A stretch of DNA of 64,000 nucleotides from Parcubacteria group bacterium Athens0714_12 (GTDB lineage Bacteria; Patescibacteriota; Patescibacteriia; UBA2591; VMGY01), in NCBI GenBank assembly GCA_007378955.1, contig VMGY01000007.1:8644-72643 (forward strand), given 5' to 3'. Every line of letters begins with the position of its first letter. Positions within the stretch are counted from its first letter, which is position 1. Both the position numbers and the translations under genes were made by a program. The notes under the pieces are model-generated. The model searched no databases. It was given only the letters and a program-made list of their open reading frames with translations, and was not told where the DNA came from. Below, piece after piece: positions 1 through 8,186 of the stretch.

Positions 1-150
1 TTAAATACAATAAAAGAATTAAAGGAGATTAATGATAGAAATCTTTTTTTTGACATAATAGATAAAAACAAAAATATTATAAAAGAATGTAGCGGATTTA
101 ATAAAAGTATATATGAAATGAAGAAGAAACTTATTAATTTTTATAAGTCA

Positions 151-190
151 ATCCGACGGCAATGGTAAAATGAAAGATTTATTAGACGGA
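151..190 (+). repeat. 40-nt near-copy (37/40) of the ppdK 5' coding segment at 1048-1087 (encodes SDGNGKMKDLLDG*), not part of a long ORF
   Basis: Direct comparison of the two segments; upstream frame closed by a TGA at 119-121, no start codon. Confidence 0.6.
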
Positions 191-196
191 TAAATT

Positions 197-472
197 TTAT
201 TTTATTATTTTTATCGCCTTGCCGTTTATTAAAGCGTCAGAAATTTTTTTGTAAGCTGAAGATAAAATTCTTTGAAAAGTGCTTTGCGAGGTTTTCATTT
301 GTTCGGCGCATTCAATTTGCTCCAAATTTTTTATATTTTTCAACCTTAAAGCTTCCGCCTCTTCGGTAGTTAACTCAACCATTTCTAAAAACCTCATCGG
401 CACGCCTTGAGGTTTGAAATAAGTTATATTGGGGTTGAATCTAATTTTTCTGCAAAGTTTTGGCCTTGGCAT
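197..472 (-). CDS. DUF134/UPF0251 family predicted DNA-binding protein
   Basis: 91 aa; motif RFNPNITYFKPQGVP ... TTEEAEALRLKNIKNLEQIECAEQMKTSQSTFQRIL typical of DUF134 (sigma-70 region-4-like HTH). Confidence 0.6.
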   Translation of the reverse strand: MPRPKLCRKIRFNPNITYFKPQGVPMRFLEMVELTTEEAEALRLKNIKNLEQIECAEQMKTSQSTFQRILSSAYKKISDALINGKAIKIIK

Positions 473-557
473 AATTTTAAAATAATGTTATTCTTCTAAT
501 AAAAGAAGGTTCCTCAGCCCTTCCTTTTTAAGAAAGGGCCGAGTTCACAGCCTTCTT

Positions 558-779
558 TTATTTTTGCCCTTTTAGTTCGGATAAACGTTCTTTAATCGCC
601 TTTAATTCTTTTTCTAGAGTTTCAACTTCTTCGTTTAATATTTCAGACTCTTCTTTTTTAGTATAAAAATTTCTCCAACCGAATCCTCTGCCTCTGGCCA
701 TGCCGCTACCGCAGGGACCCATTCCCCAGCCAGTTCCCTGGTCGTATCCTAAAGGGCCTGTTCCATTGTATCTTGGCAT
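558..779 (-). CDS. DUF5320 family protein (Gly-rich N-terminus, coiled-coil C-terminus), usual partner of DUF134
   Basis: 73 aa; MPRYNGTGPLGYDQGTGWGMGPCGSGMARGRGFG followed by coiled coil; immediately upstream and co-directional with the DUF134 gene. Confidence 0.5.
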   Translation of the reverse strand: MPRYNGTGPLGYDQGTGWGMGPCGSGMARGRGFGWRNFYTKKEESEILNEEVETLEKELKAIKERLSELKGQK

Positions 780-978
780 AATTTTATCCTCCTGGTAATT
801 TATGATTATATTTAATAACTCGACCTTTATAATAATTATCTATTATGAGTATATACCCATAACTATATTTTGTCAAGTAAACTATTGAGCAAATTTTATT
901 TTTAGTGTAAAATTAAATAATTAAGTTTCTCTCCTTAATTTTTTATCTTAAACAGAAGGGATAAAAAAGGAATTTTTT

Positions 979-3660
979 ATGAAAAAAGGCAAAAAAATGA
1001 ACAAAGCCAAAACAGAGAAGTTCGTCTATTTTTTCGGCGCCGGCAAATCCGACGGCAATGGCAAGATGAAAGATTTATTAGGCGGCAAAGGAGCGAACTT
1101 GGCGGAAATGACCAATATCGGCGTGCCCGTGCCCCCCGGTTTTACGATTATCACAAAGGTTTGCAATTATTTTTCTGCTCAAGGAAAAGTTCCAACCGAG
1201 TTAAACGGCCAGATGAGAACAGCTTTAATAAAATTGGAAAAGATTGCTGAAAAGAAATTCGGCGATGTCGCGAATCCTTTATTGGTTTCTGTCCGTAGCG
1301 GCGCTAAATTTTCTATGCCCGGCATGATGGATACGATTTTAAACCTCGGCCTGAACGATAAAACAGTTGAAGGATTGGCTGAATTGACCAATAACGCCCG
1401 TTTCGCTTACGACGCTTACCGCCGTTTTATTCAGATGTTTGGCAATGTGGTTTTGGGAATTGAAAAAGAAGTTTTTGAAGAAATTTTAACTCACAAAAAA
1501 GAAATTTTAAAAATAAAATTAGACATAGAGATGAATGAAACCGCTTTGAAAGAATTGGTCAGAGAGTTTGAGGAAACGATTAAAGAAAAAACAAAAAAGA
1601 CTTTTCCTCAAGATGTTTATCGCCAGCTGGAAATGGCGCGGGACGCGGTTTTTAAATCATGGAATAATCCGCGGGCCGTCACTTACCGACGGCTTAATAA
1701 AATCGCCGATGATTTGGGCACAGCGGTTAATGTTCAGGCAATGGTTTTCGGCAATATGGGCAATGATTGCGCCACGGGCGTCGGCTTTACCAGAAATCCG
1801 GCCACTGGCGAAAAAGTTTTTTACGGCGAATATTTATTAAACGCGCAGGGCGAAGACGTGGTTGCCGGCATTCGCACTCCTCGCCAAATTGCTGACTTGA
1901 AAAAAGAAATGCCCAAAGTTTTCGAGCAATTAAAAAAGATTACCAATAGATTAGAGAAGGATTATAAAGACGTGCAGGATTTTGAATTTACGGTGGAAAA
2001 AAATAAATTGTATATGCTTCAGACCAGAAACGGAAAAAGAACCGCTCAAGCGGCGGTTAAAATCGCCGTTGATATGGTCAAGGAAAAATTAATCAAAAAA
2101 GAAGAGGCATTGACGCGGCTTGAGCCGGAACAAATAGACCAGTTGCTCCATCCGATTTTTGACCCAAAGATTAAAATTAACGCTATTGTCAAAGGCCTGC
2201 CGGCTTCACCGGGCGCGGCCGTGGGCAAGGTTGTTTTTACGGCTGATGAAGCGGCGGCAGTCGGCGATAAGGAAAAAGTTATTTTAGTCCGCACGGAAAC
2301 TTGCCCTGATGATATACATGGCATGGATGCCGCTCAAGGAATTTTAACTAGCCGCGGAGGAATGACTTCGCACGCCGCGGTTGTCGCCAGAGGTATGGGC
2401 AAATGCTGTGTCGTTGGCTGCGAAGAAGTAAAAGTTAATGAAAAAAAGAAAGAATTAAAAATTAAAGATAAGACAATTAAAGAAGGTGATTGGATTAGTT
2501 TAAATGGTTCAACCGGAGAAGTGATTTTAGGAAAAGTCGCCACGATTGAGCCGAAATTAAGTGGCGAGTTCGGCGAATTTATGAAATGGGCGGACCAAAT
2601 CCGCAAATTAAAAGTTCGGGCCAATGCCGACATCCCCCACGACGCTCAAGTGGCGCGCGGTTTCGGCGCTGAAGGAATCGGCTTATGCCGTACTGAACAT
2701 ATGTTTTTTGCCGAAGACAGGTTGCCGATGATGCAGGAAATGATTTTGGCGGATAATGAAAATGCTCGCCGTAAAGCTTTAAATAAATTATTAAATTTGC
2801 AGAAAAAAGATTTTAAAGGATTGTTTAAAGAAATGAAAGGTTATCCGGTGACGATTCGTTTATTAGACCCTCCTTTACATGAATTTTTGCCCAAAAGGGA
2901 AGAATTAATGAAGGAAGCGGCGGTAATGAAAGCGACGGGAGTTGATAAAAAAGAGCTTGAAAAGAAAGAAAAATTATTAATCAGAGTTGAAGAATTGCAC
3001 GAAGTAAATCCAATGTTAGGCCATCGAGGCTGCAGATTAGGCATTGTTTATCCGGAAATTACCGAGATGCAAGTTAAGGCGATTGTATCAGCCGCTTGCG
3101 AATTAGCCAAGGAAAAAGAAAAAATTATTCCGGAAATAATGGTGCCTTTGGTCGGGCATGTCAATGAATTAAAAAATCAAAAAGAGCTGATTAAAAAAGT
3201 CGCCCAAGAAACGATGAAGAGCTATGGGGTGAAAATAAAATATATGGTCGGCACGATGATTGAAGTTCCGAGAGCGGCGGTGACTGCCAATGAGATTGCT
3301 CAAGAGGCGGAATTTTTCTCTTTCGGCACTAATGATTTGACACAAATGGGTTTTGGTTTCAGCCGCGACGACGCCGGCAAATTCATAAAAATTTATATTA
3401 AAGATAAAATTTTAGAAGAAGACCCATTTCAGGTTTTAGACCAAAATGGCATCGGCCAGTTAGTCAAAATAGGTGTAGAAAAAGGCAGAAAAACCAAAAA
3501 AGATTTAAAGGTGGGAATTTGCGGCGAGCATGGCGGCGAACCAAGCTCGGTGATATTTTGTCACAATGTCGGCTTGAATTATGTAAGTTGTTCGCCTTAT
3601 CGCGTGCCCATTGCCCGCTTAGCGGCCGCTCAAGCGGTGATTTTTGGAAAAAAGAAATAA
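979..3660 (+). CDS. ppdK: pyruvate, phosphate dikinase
   Basis: 893 aa; N-terminal YFFGAGKSDGNGKMKDLLGGKGANLAEM, PEP-utilising and phosphohistidine regions (GGMTSHAAVVARGMGKCCVVG), C-terminal TIM-barrel motifs. Confidence 0.93.
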   Translation: MKKGKKMNKAKTEKFVYFFGAGKSDGNGKMKDLLGGKGANLAEMTNIGVPVPPGFTIITKVCNYFSAQGKVPTELNGQMRTALIKLEKIAEKKFGDVANPLLVSVRSGAKFSMPGMMDTILNLGLNDKTVEGLAELTNNARFAYDAYRRFIQMFGNVVLGIEKEVFEEILTHKKEILKIKLDIEMNETALKELVREFEETIKEKTKKTFPQDVYRQLEMARDAVFKSWNNPRAVTYRRLNKIADDLGTAVNVQAMVFGNMGNDCATGVGFTRNPATGEKVFYGEYLLNAQGEDVVAGIRTPRQIADLKKEMPKVFEQLKKITNRLEKDYKDVQDFEFTVEKNKLYMLQTRNGKRTAQAAVKIAVDMVKEKLIKKEEALTRLEPEQIDQLLHPIFDPKIKINAIVKGLPASPGAAVGKVVFTADEAAAVGDKEKVILVRTETCPDDIHGMDAAQGILTSRGGMTSHAAVVARGMGKCCVVGCEEVKVNEKKKELKIKDKTIKEGDWISLNGSTGEVILGKVATIEPKLSGEFGEFMKWADQIRKLKVRANADIPHDAQVARGFGAEGIGLCRTEHMFFAEDRLPMMQEMILADNENARRKALNKLLNLQKKDFKGLFKEMKGYPVTIRLLDPPLHEFLPKREELMKEAAVMKATGVDKKELEKKEKLLIRVEELHEVNPMLGHRGCRLGIVYPEITEMQVKAIVSAACELAKEKEKIIPEIMVPLVGHVNELKNQKELIKKVAQETMKSYGVKIKYMVGTMIEVPRAAVTANEIAQEAEFFSFGTNDLTQMGFGFSRDDAGKFIKIYIKDKILEEDPFQVLDQNGIGQLVKIGVEKGRKTKKDLKVGICGEHGGEPSSVIFCHNVGLNYVSCSPYRVPIARLAAAQAVIFGKKK

Positions 3661-3666
3661 TTTTAA

Positions 3667-3698
3667 GGCGACTAAAATTTTGCAAAATTTTAGTCGCC
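3667..3698 (+). terminator. perfect 15-bp stem hairpin (ggcgactaaaatttt gca aaaattttagtcgcc) directly after the ppdK stop; terminator or operator-like palindrome
   Basis: Perfect palindrome read from the sequence; no long T-run after it, so intrinsic-terminator assignment is tentative. Confidence 0.45.
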
Positions 3699-3715
3699 GG
3701 TTATAATAAAAATCT

Positions 3716-3913
3716 ATGCCTTACAAAATTGAACAAGATTATGAAAAATGCATTGGCTGCGGGAGTTGTACTTCTGTCTGCGCCGGCAATTGGGAAATGA
3801 AAGACGACGGCAAAGCGCATCCAGTCCAAGAAGAAGTTGAAGAAATTGGTTGCAATAAAGAAGCGGAAGAAATCTGCCCGGTCCAATGCATTAAAATTAG
3901 TCCGCAAAAGTAA
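3716..3913 (+). CDS. small 4Fe-4S ferredoxin
   Basis: 65 aa; CIGCGSCTSVC and C...CP cysteine motifs. Confidence 0.7.
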   Translation: MPYKIEQDYEKCIGCGSCTSVCAGNWEMKDDGKAHPVQEEVEEIGCNKEAEEICPVQCIKISPQK

Positions 3914-4158
3914 TTGAAAATAAAAAACCGGGTGATGTCTTTTTTAGGCCATCGCTCGATTTTTTATTTTATTATTTTTTTACATTTATTTGCCTAAAAG
4001 AATTTTTAGGGAAAACATAGTTAATCCAATAACCAAATGCGTATAAGTTTGCATCTTTTTCACCCTCATTTTTCATTCATTTTTTTAAAAAAGTAAAGAG
4101 CAAAAGATGGCTTTAAAAAATGTAATAATAGACTATGTTTTTGTAAAATTTTATTTTT

Positions 4159-4737
4159 ATGATATTATTTAATTATATGGATATGTTTGAAATAACTATT
4201 TGCGGGCGCGGCGGCCAAGGGTCAAAATTGGCAGCCCAAATTTTAGCCGAAGCGGCGCTGGAAGACGGAAAATACAGCCAGGCTTTTTCCCAATACGGGC
4301 CGGAAAGAACAGGCGCGCCGGTTACCAGCTACGCGAGAATTTCCAATCAGCCGATTTTGACGCATCAGCCGATTATAAAGCCCAACGCGGTTTTGATTTT
4401 AGATTCAAGTTTGTTGAAAGATTTGAATTTTAATAATGACGAAGTTTTGATTATTAATATTTGCCCTAATATAAAATTAGAAAAATTAAAAAATAAAACT
4501 TACAAGATAGACGCTTCTGACATTGCTTTAAAAATTTTAGGCAAGGACTTGCCGAATGTCGCCATGCTGGGAGCTTTGATAAAAATAACCGATTTATTGA
4601 AACTGCCTTCTTTGGAGAAAAGAATAAAAGAATATTTTGCCAAAAAATATAACGACAAAATGGCGGAACAAAATATTAAAGCGTTGCAAGAAGGTTATAA
4701 AACAATTTTATGCCCGGTAGTACAATTTCGAAAATAA
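4159..4737 (+). CDS. porG: pyruvate:ferredoxin oxidoreductase gamma subunit; the C-terminus is extended by 7 codons that read into the inserted element (native end predicted ...KTILC*)
   Basis: ICGRGGQG nucleotide-binding motif, PorG-like length; start uncertain (M at 4159, 4177 or 4183). Confidence 0.8.
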   Translation: MILFNYMDMFEITICGRGGQGSKLAAQILAEAALEDGKYSQAFSQYGPERTGAPVTSYARISNQPILTHQPIIKPNAVLILDSSLLKDLNFNNDEVLIINICPNIKLEKLKNKTYKIDASDIALKILGKDLPNVAMLGALIKITDLLKLPSLEKRIKEYFAKKYNDKMAEQNIKALQEGYKTILCPVVQFRK

Positions 4738-5061
4738 TTGTTAAACAAAAATTCGTCGCATATTACTGGGTTTACATTTTAGAAAGTGTAAACGATAAAA
4801 AAAGATATATAGGATTCGCTACTGATATCAAAAAAAGAATTAGAGAGCATAATAGCGGCATGGTTGTTTCCACAAATTATAGAAAACCGTTAAAATTGAT
4901 TTACGCCGAATTATGTTTAAACCAGAAAGATGCGAGAAGAAGAGAAAATTATTTTAAGAGAACTGGCGGTCGAAGATTTTTAGCCAAAAGACTAAAAGAG
5001 TATTATAAAATAAATAACAATTTTGAATAATAAATAATTCGAAGTTGTACTACCGGGTATG
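4709..5061 (+). mobile_element. small TIR-bounded element (4713-5057, 345 bp) carrying one GIY-YIG ORF, flanked by a duplicated TATG (4709-4712 and 5058-5061). It sits exactly at the porG stop / porD start overlap
   Basis: 20-bp terminal inverted repeats cccggtagtacaatttcgaa / ttcgaagttgtactaccggg (19/20). Removing the element restores an overlapping ...TTATGTTAAAA junction (porG TAA overlapping porD ATG). Confidence 0.75.
4710..5030 (+). CDS. stand-alone GIY-YIG nuclease domain protein (YhbQ/COG2827-like), encoded inside the TIR element; its start codon is the duplicated target ATG
   Basis: 106 aa; YYWVYILES...KRYIGFATDIKKRIREHN...R...N motif order typical of the GIY-YIG catalytic domain. 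Confidence 0.75.
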   Translation: MPGSTISKIIVKQKFVAYYWVYILESVNDKKRYIGFATDIKKRIREHNSGMVVSTNYRKPLKLIYAELCLNQKDARRRENYFKRTGGRRFLAKRLKEYYKINNNFE

Positions 5062-5340
5062 TTAAAATCGTCATCACAAATTCCATTGGGAGGCAATATT
5101 ATAAAGCCGGGTAATTCATCTGAATATAAAACCGGCAATTGGAAAACTTTTTCCCCGGTTTGGGACAAAGATAAATGCGCCCAATGTTTGATTTGTCCCG
5201 TGAATTGCCCGGAAAATTGCATTCCCGTGAAAGAGGGCAAGCGCCTTGAAACTAATTTTGATTTTTGCAAAGGTTGCGGAATATGCAGCCAAGTTTGTCC
5301 ATTCGGAGCGATACATATGAAAAAGTGCCAGACTTCTTAA
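5059..5340 (+). CDS. porD: pyruvate:ferredoxin oxidoreductase delta subunit (2x[4Fe-4S] ferredoxin)
   Basis: 93 aa; CAQCLICPVNCP and CKGCGICSQVCP motifs; start ATG supplied by the TATG at the element's right end. Confidence 0.85.
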   Translation: MLKSSSQIPLGGNIIKPGNSSEYKTGNWKTFSPVWDKDKCAQCLICPVNCPENCIPVKEGKRLETNFDFCKGCGICSQVCPFGAIHMKKCQTS

Positions 5341-5354
5341 ATTTTAAGTTATTT

Positions 5355-6527
5355 ATGAAAAATTTGAATAAAAATAAATATCAGGCGTTAATCGGCGGCC
5401 ACGCGGCGGCCGAAGCCATGCGGCAGATTAATCCGGAAGTAGTGGCCGCTTATCCGATTACGCCGCAAACGCCCATTATAGAAAAATTCGCCGAGTTTGC
5501 GGCTGATAAAAAAGTAGACACTGAATTTATTTGCGCGGAGTCCGAGCATTCGGCTTTAAGCGCCACGGTGGGCGCGTCAGCCGCCGGCGTGAGAGCGATG
5601 ACCGCCACTTCAAGCCAAGGGCTGGCTTTGATGAATGAAATTTTAAGCGTGGCGTCGGGCTTGCGTTTGCCGATTGTGATGCCAATGGTGAATCGCGCTC
5701 TTTCGGCGCCGATTAATATCCATTGCGACCATAGCGATTCAATGTCCGCCCGCGATTTGGGCTGGATTCAGATTTTTTGCGAGACAGCCCAAGAAGTTTA
5801 CGAATATACTTTTTTCGCTTTAAAGTTGGCGGAAAAAGTTTTATTGCCGGCCATGGTGATGCAGGATGGTTTTTCCACTTCTCACAATGTTGAGCCGGTT
5901 AAAATTTATCCTGATAAAATAATTAAAAAATTTATCGGCCAATACAAACCAAAATATTCTTTGCTTGATATAAAAAAACCCATTACTGTCGGGCCTTTGG
6001 TTTTACCTGATTATTATTTTGAAATTAAATATCAAGAAATAGAAGCGATGGAGGAAGCGCGAAAAGTTTATTTGGAAACAGGAAAAGAATTAAAAAAAAT
6101 TACCGGCAATAATTATCCTTATTTTGAGAAATATAAATTAGATGACGCCGAGGCGGCGATAGTAGTCAGCAGCTCTTCCGCCGGCACGGCCAAGGCAGTA
6201 ATAGATAAATTAAGAAAAGAAGGCAAAAAAGTCGGCTTGTTAAAACCAATTTTATTCAGGCCGTTTCCTCAAAAAGAAATAAGGGAAAGCTTAAAAAATT
6301 TAAAAATAATAGCGGTTTTGGACAGATCGGTTTCTTTCGGCGGCGAGGCGCCGCTTTTCAGCGAGATAAAAAATTCTCTTTATCCTTTGGATAAGAAGCC
6401 GTTGTTGCAAAGTTATGTTTTTGGCTTGGGAGGAAGAGATCTTTTTGAACAAGAAGTAGAAGAAGTTTTTGAAGAATTATTAAAAAATAAAACAGGGCAA
6501 GTTAAATATATCGGTCTAAGAAAATAA
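5355..6527 (+). CDS. porA: pyruvate:ferredoxin oxidoreductase alpha subunit
   Basis: N-terminal LIGGHAAAEAMRQINPEVVAAYPITPQT typical of PorA. I chose the ATG at 5355 because the track's 5265 start overlaps porD. Confidence 0.85.
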   Translation: MKNLNKNKYQALIGGHAAAEAMRQINPEVVAAYPITPQTPIIEKFAEFAADKKVDTEFICAESEHSALSATVGASAAGVRAMTATSSQGLALMNEILSVASGLRLPIVMPMVNRALSAPINIHCDHSDSMSARDLGWIQIFCETAQEVYEYTFFALKLAEKVLLPAMVMQDGFSTSHNVEPVKIYPDKIIKKFIGQYKPKYSLLDIKKPITVGPLVLPDYYFEIKYQEIEAMEEARKVYLETGKELKKITGNNYPYFEKYKLDDAEAAIVVSSSSAGTAKAVIDKLRKEGKKVGLLKPILFRPFPQKEIRESLKNLKIIAVLDRSVSFGGEAPLFSEIKNSLYPLDKKPLLQSYVFGLGGRDLFEQEVEEVFEELLKNKTGQVKYIGLRK

Positions 6528-6528
6528 A

Positions 6529-6679
6529 TATGCCCGGTAGGACAATTTTGACCAAGATTTTTCTTTTAGAAAAATCTAAAATTTACCAGGCTTAAAAATA
6601 ATTTATAATTTTATTAAAAGATAATTAATTTAAAAATTTTGACCAAAACAATAATGTCAAAATTGTACTACCGGGTATG
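6529..6679 (+). mobile_element. 143-bp non-coding miniature element (6533-6675) with the same TIRs as the 4713-5057 element, flanked by a duplicated TATG. It is inserted between the porA stop and the porB start
   Basis: TIRs cccggtaggacaattttgac / gtcaaaattgtactaccggg (19/20) share the core cccggtagtacaatt with the GIY-YIG element; contains an internal 9-bp stem hairpin; no ORF. Confidence 0.75.
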
Positions 6680-7585
6680 GATATCAAAACATTAGCTCAA
6701 AAAATAGATTCCGATAAAAAATTGGTTTCAGGCCACAGAACTTGTGCCGGTTGTGCCATTCCTATTATTGTCAGAACAATTTTATCTGCCACTGATAATT
6801 TTTTAGTAGCGGCTAATTCTACGGGTTGCATGGAAGTGACGACAACTATTTATCCTTATACTTCATGGAATATACCTTGGATTCATAATGCTTTTGAAAA
6901 TGTGGCGGCAACTCTTTCCGGAATAGAAGGCGCGTTTAAGGCTTTAAGAAAAAAAGGAAAAATAGACAAAGAAATTAAATTTGTGGCTTTTGGCGGCGAT
7001 GGCGGGCTTTATGATATAGGTTTGCAGTCATTGTCAGGCGCTTTGGAAAGAGGTCATAATTGCCTTTATGTTTGTTATAATAATGAAGCGTATCAGAATA
7101 CCGGCGGCCAACGTTCCTCGGGAACTTCAAAGGGTTCCATTACCACCACTACGCCAAAGGGTAAAAAAGAAGCCCGAAAAGATTTAATGCGGATTGTTTT
7201 GGCGCATCATATAGATTATGCCGCGCAGGCCGCGGTTCATAATATTTTAGACCTTTACCAAAAAGCGGAAAAAGCATTTAACGCAAAAGGCCCCAGTTTT
7301 TTAAATGTTTTATCGCCTTGCACTTTAAATTGGGGATTTATGCCAAATTCAACCATCAAGATTTCAAAATTGGCGGCTGACACTTGCTTTTGGCCGCTTT
7401 ATGAAGTAGAAAAAGGAAAATATAAATTAAATTATAATCCTTTTAAGAAATTGCCTCTTGAAGAATTTTTTAAGCTTCAAAAAAGATTTAGTTATCTTTT
7501 AAAGCCGGAAAATAAAAATTTTCTCAATGAAATTCAAAATGAAGTTGATGATAATTGGGAAGAGCTTCTAAAAAAATCCGGTTAA
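6677..7585 (+). CDS. porB: pyruvate:ferredoxin oxidoreductase beta subunit (TPP-binding)
   Basis: 302 aa; HRTCAGCA and GGDG TPP-binding motifs. Confidence 0.88.
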   Translation: MDIKTLAQKIDSDKKLVSGHRTCAGCAIPIIVRTILSATDNFLVAANSTGCMEVTTTIYPYTSWNIPWIHNAFENVAATLSGIEGAFKALRKKGKIDKEIKFVAFGGDGGLYDIGLQSLSGALERGHNCLYVCYNNEAYQNTGGQRSSGTSKGSITTTTPKGKKEARKDLMRIVLAHHIDYAAQAAVHNILDLYQKAEKAFNAKGPSFLNVLSPCTLNWGFMPNSTIKISKLAADTCFWPLYEVEKGKYKLNYNPFKKLPLEEFFKLQKRFSYLLKPENKNFLNEIQNEVDDNWEELLKKSG

Positions 7586-7665
7586 TTTTAATTTTTTTTA
7601 TTTACTGTTTATTAAAAAGTTGTAAATTGCCATCGCCATGCTGGTGAGTCATGAGTTCATAAATT

Positions 7666-7700
7666 TTTAGTTATAAGTTATTGGTTGTAAGTTGTAAGTT
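7666..7700 (+). repeat. GTTRTAAGTT short tandem motif (gttataagtt attg gttgtaagtt gtaagtt) adjacent to tRNA-Lys
   Basis: Copies of the same motif family at 7785-7820, 26061-26092, 29171-29203 (reverse) and 57511-57548 (reverse). Confidence 0.6.
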
Positions 7701-7705
7701 ATCCC

Positions 7706-7779
7706 TGGTGCCCCCACCAGGATTCGAACCTGGGTTTACTGCTTAAGAGGCAGCTACTCTACCATTGAGTTATGGGGGC
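7706..7779 (-). tRNA. tRNA-Lys (anticodon CTT)
   Basis: Manual fold: acceptor gccccca/tgggggc, anticodon stem ctgc/gcag with loop ctCTTaa, T-loop ttcgaat, encoded CCA. Confidence 0.85.
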
Positions 7780-7784
7780 TAAAA

Positions 7785-7820
7785 ATTTAGTTGTAGGTTG
7801 TTGGTTGTAAGTTGTAAGTT
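7785..7820 (+). repeat. GTTGTAAGTT short tandem motif adjacent to tRNA-Arg
   Basis: ttagttgtaggttgttggttgtaagttgtaagtt. Confidence 0.6.
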
Positions 7821-7826
7821 TATCTG

Positions 7827-7901
7827 TGGTGCCTTCGGAGGGATTCGAACCCCCAACAACTGCTCCGAAGGCAGTCGTGATATCCATTTCACTACGAAGG
7901 C
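7827..7901 (-). tRNA. tRNA-Arg (anticodon TCG)
   Basis: Manual fold: acceptor gccttcg/cgaaggc, anticodon stem actgc/gcagt with loop ctTCGga, T-loop ttcgaat, encoded CCA. Confidence 0.8.
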
Positions 7902-8088
7902 GTAAAATCATTTTTGTATTTTTTATCGCGTTTTGAAAAGTTTATCTCAATTCTACGGTGTTTTGGGCTTATTGTCAATAATTTTCGCGTGCGAAATTAA
8001 TTTTTATTAAATCAAAAAGAATAGTTAAAAAAGACCCTTAAGCGGGCCTTTTTTAGTTTTTAAAAACAAATTCGGCGTTATAATTACC

Positions 8089-8156
8089 TTGAATTACGAA
8101 ATAGAGTGACCCCGAAAGAGGAGGGGGTTTGTGAAAAAACGCGTTTCGTAATTCAA
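8089..8156. repeat. inverted repeat ttgaattacgaaa ... tttcgtaattcaa (13-bp arms, 42-nt spacer); member of a family with a second, larger copy at 48608-48740
   Basis: Read directly; lies between the tRNA cluster and the 3' end of pilT. Confidence 0.55.
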
Positions 8157-8186
8157 AATAATTAAGTTTCGTCGATTTATAAAAAT

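Noticed and set aside
1179-3044. Several 60-100-aa ORFs on the minus strand and in alternative frames inside ppdK (1179-1391, 1568-1840, 2046-2324, 2334-2633, 2841-3044)
   Set aside because: They are fully embedded in a high-confidence 893-aa conserved gene, have low-complexity translations and no start or RBS context; typical spurious shadow ORFs.
3914-4158. Possible small RNA or riboswitch in the 245-bp gap between the ferredoxin gene and porG
   Set aside because: Only AT-rich sequence with weak, short palindromes; nothing resembling a known riboswitch core, so no call.
5265-5354. Upstream extension of the porA ORF overlapping the end of porD
   Set aside because: The PorA-like sequence begins at MKNLNKNKYQALIGGHAAAE (ATG 5355). 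The extension overlaps the porD coding region in another frame.
7661-7820. Possible CRISPR array suggested by the short GTTGTAAGTT repeats
   Set aside because: Units are only about 10 nt, imperfect, directly tandem without unique spacers, and no cas genes are present. I scored them as a short tandem motif instead.
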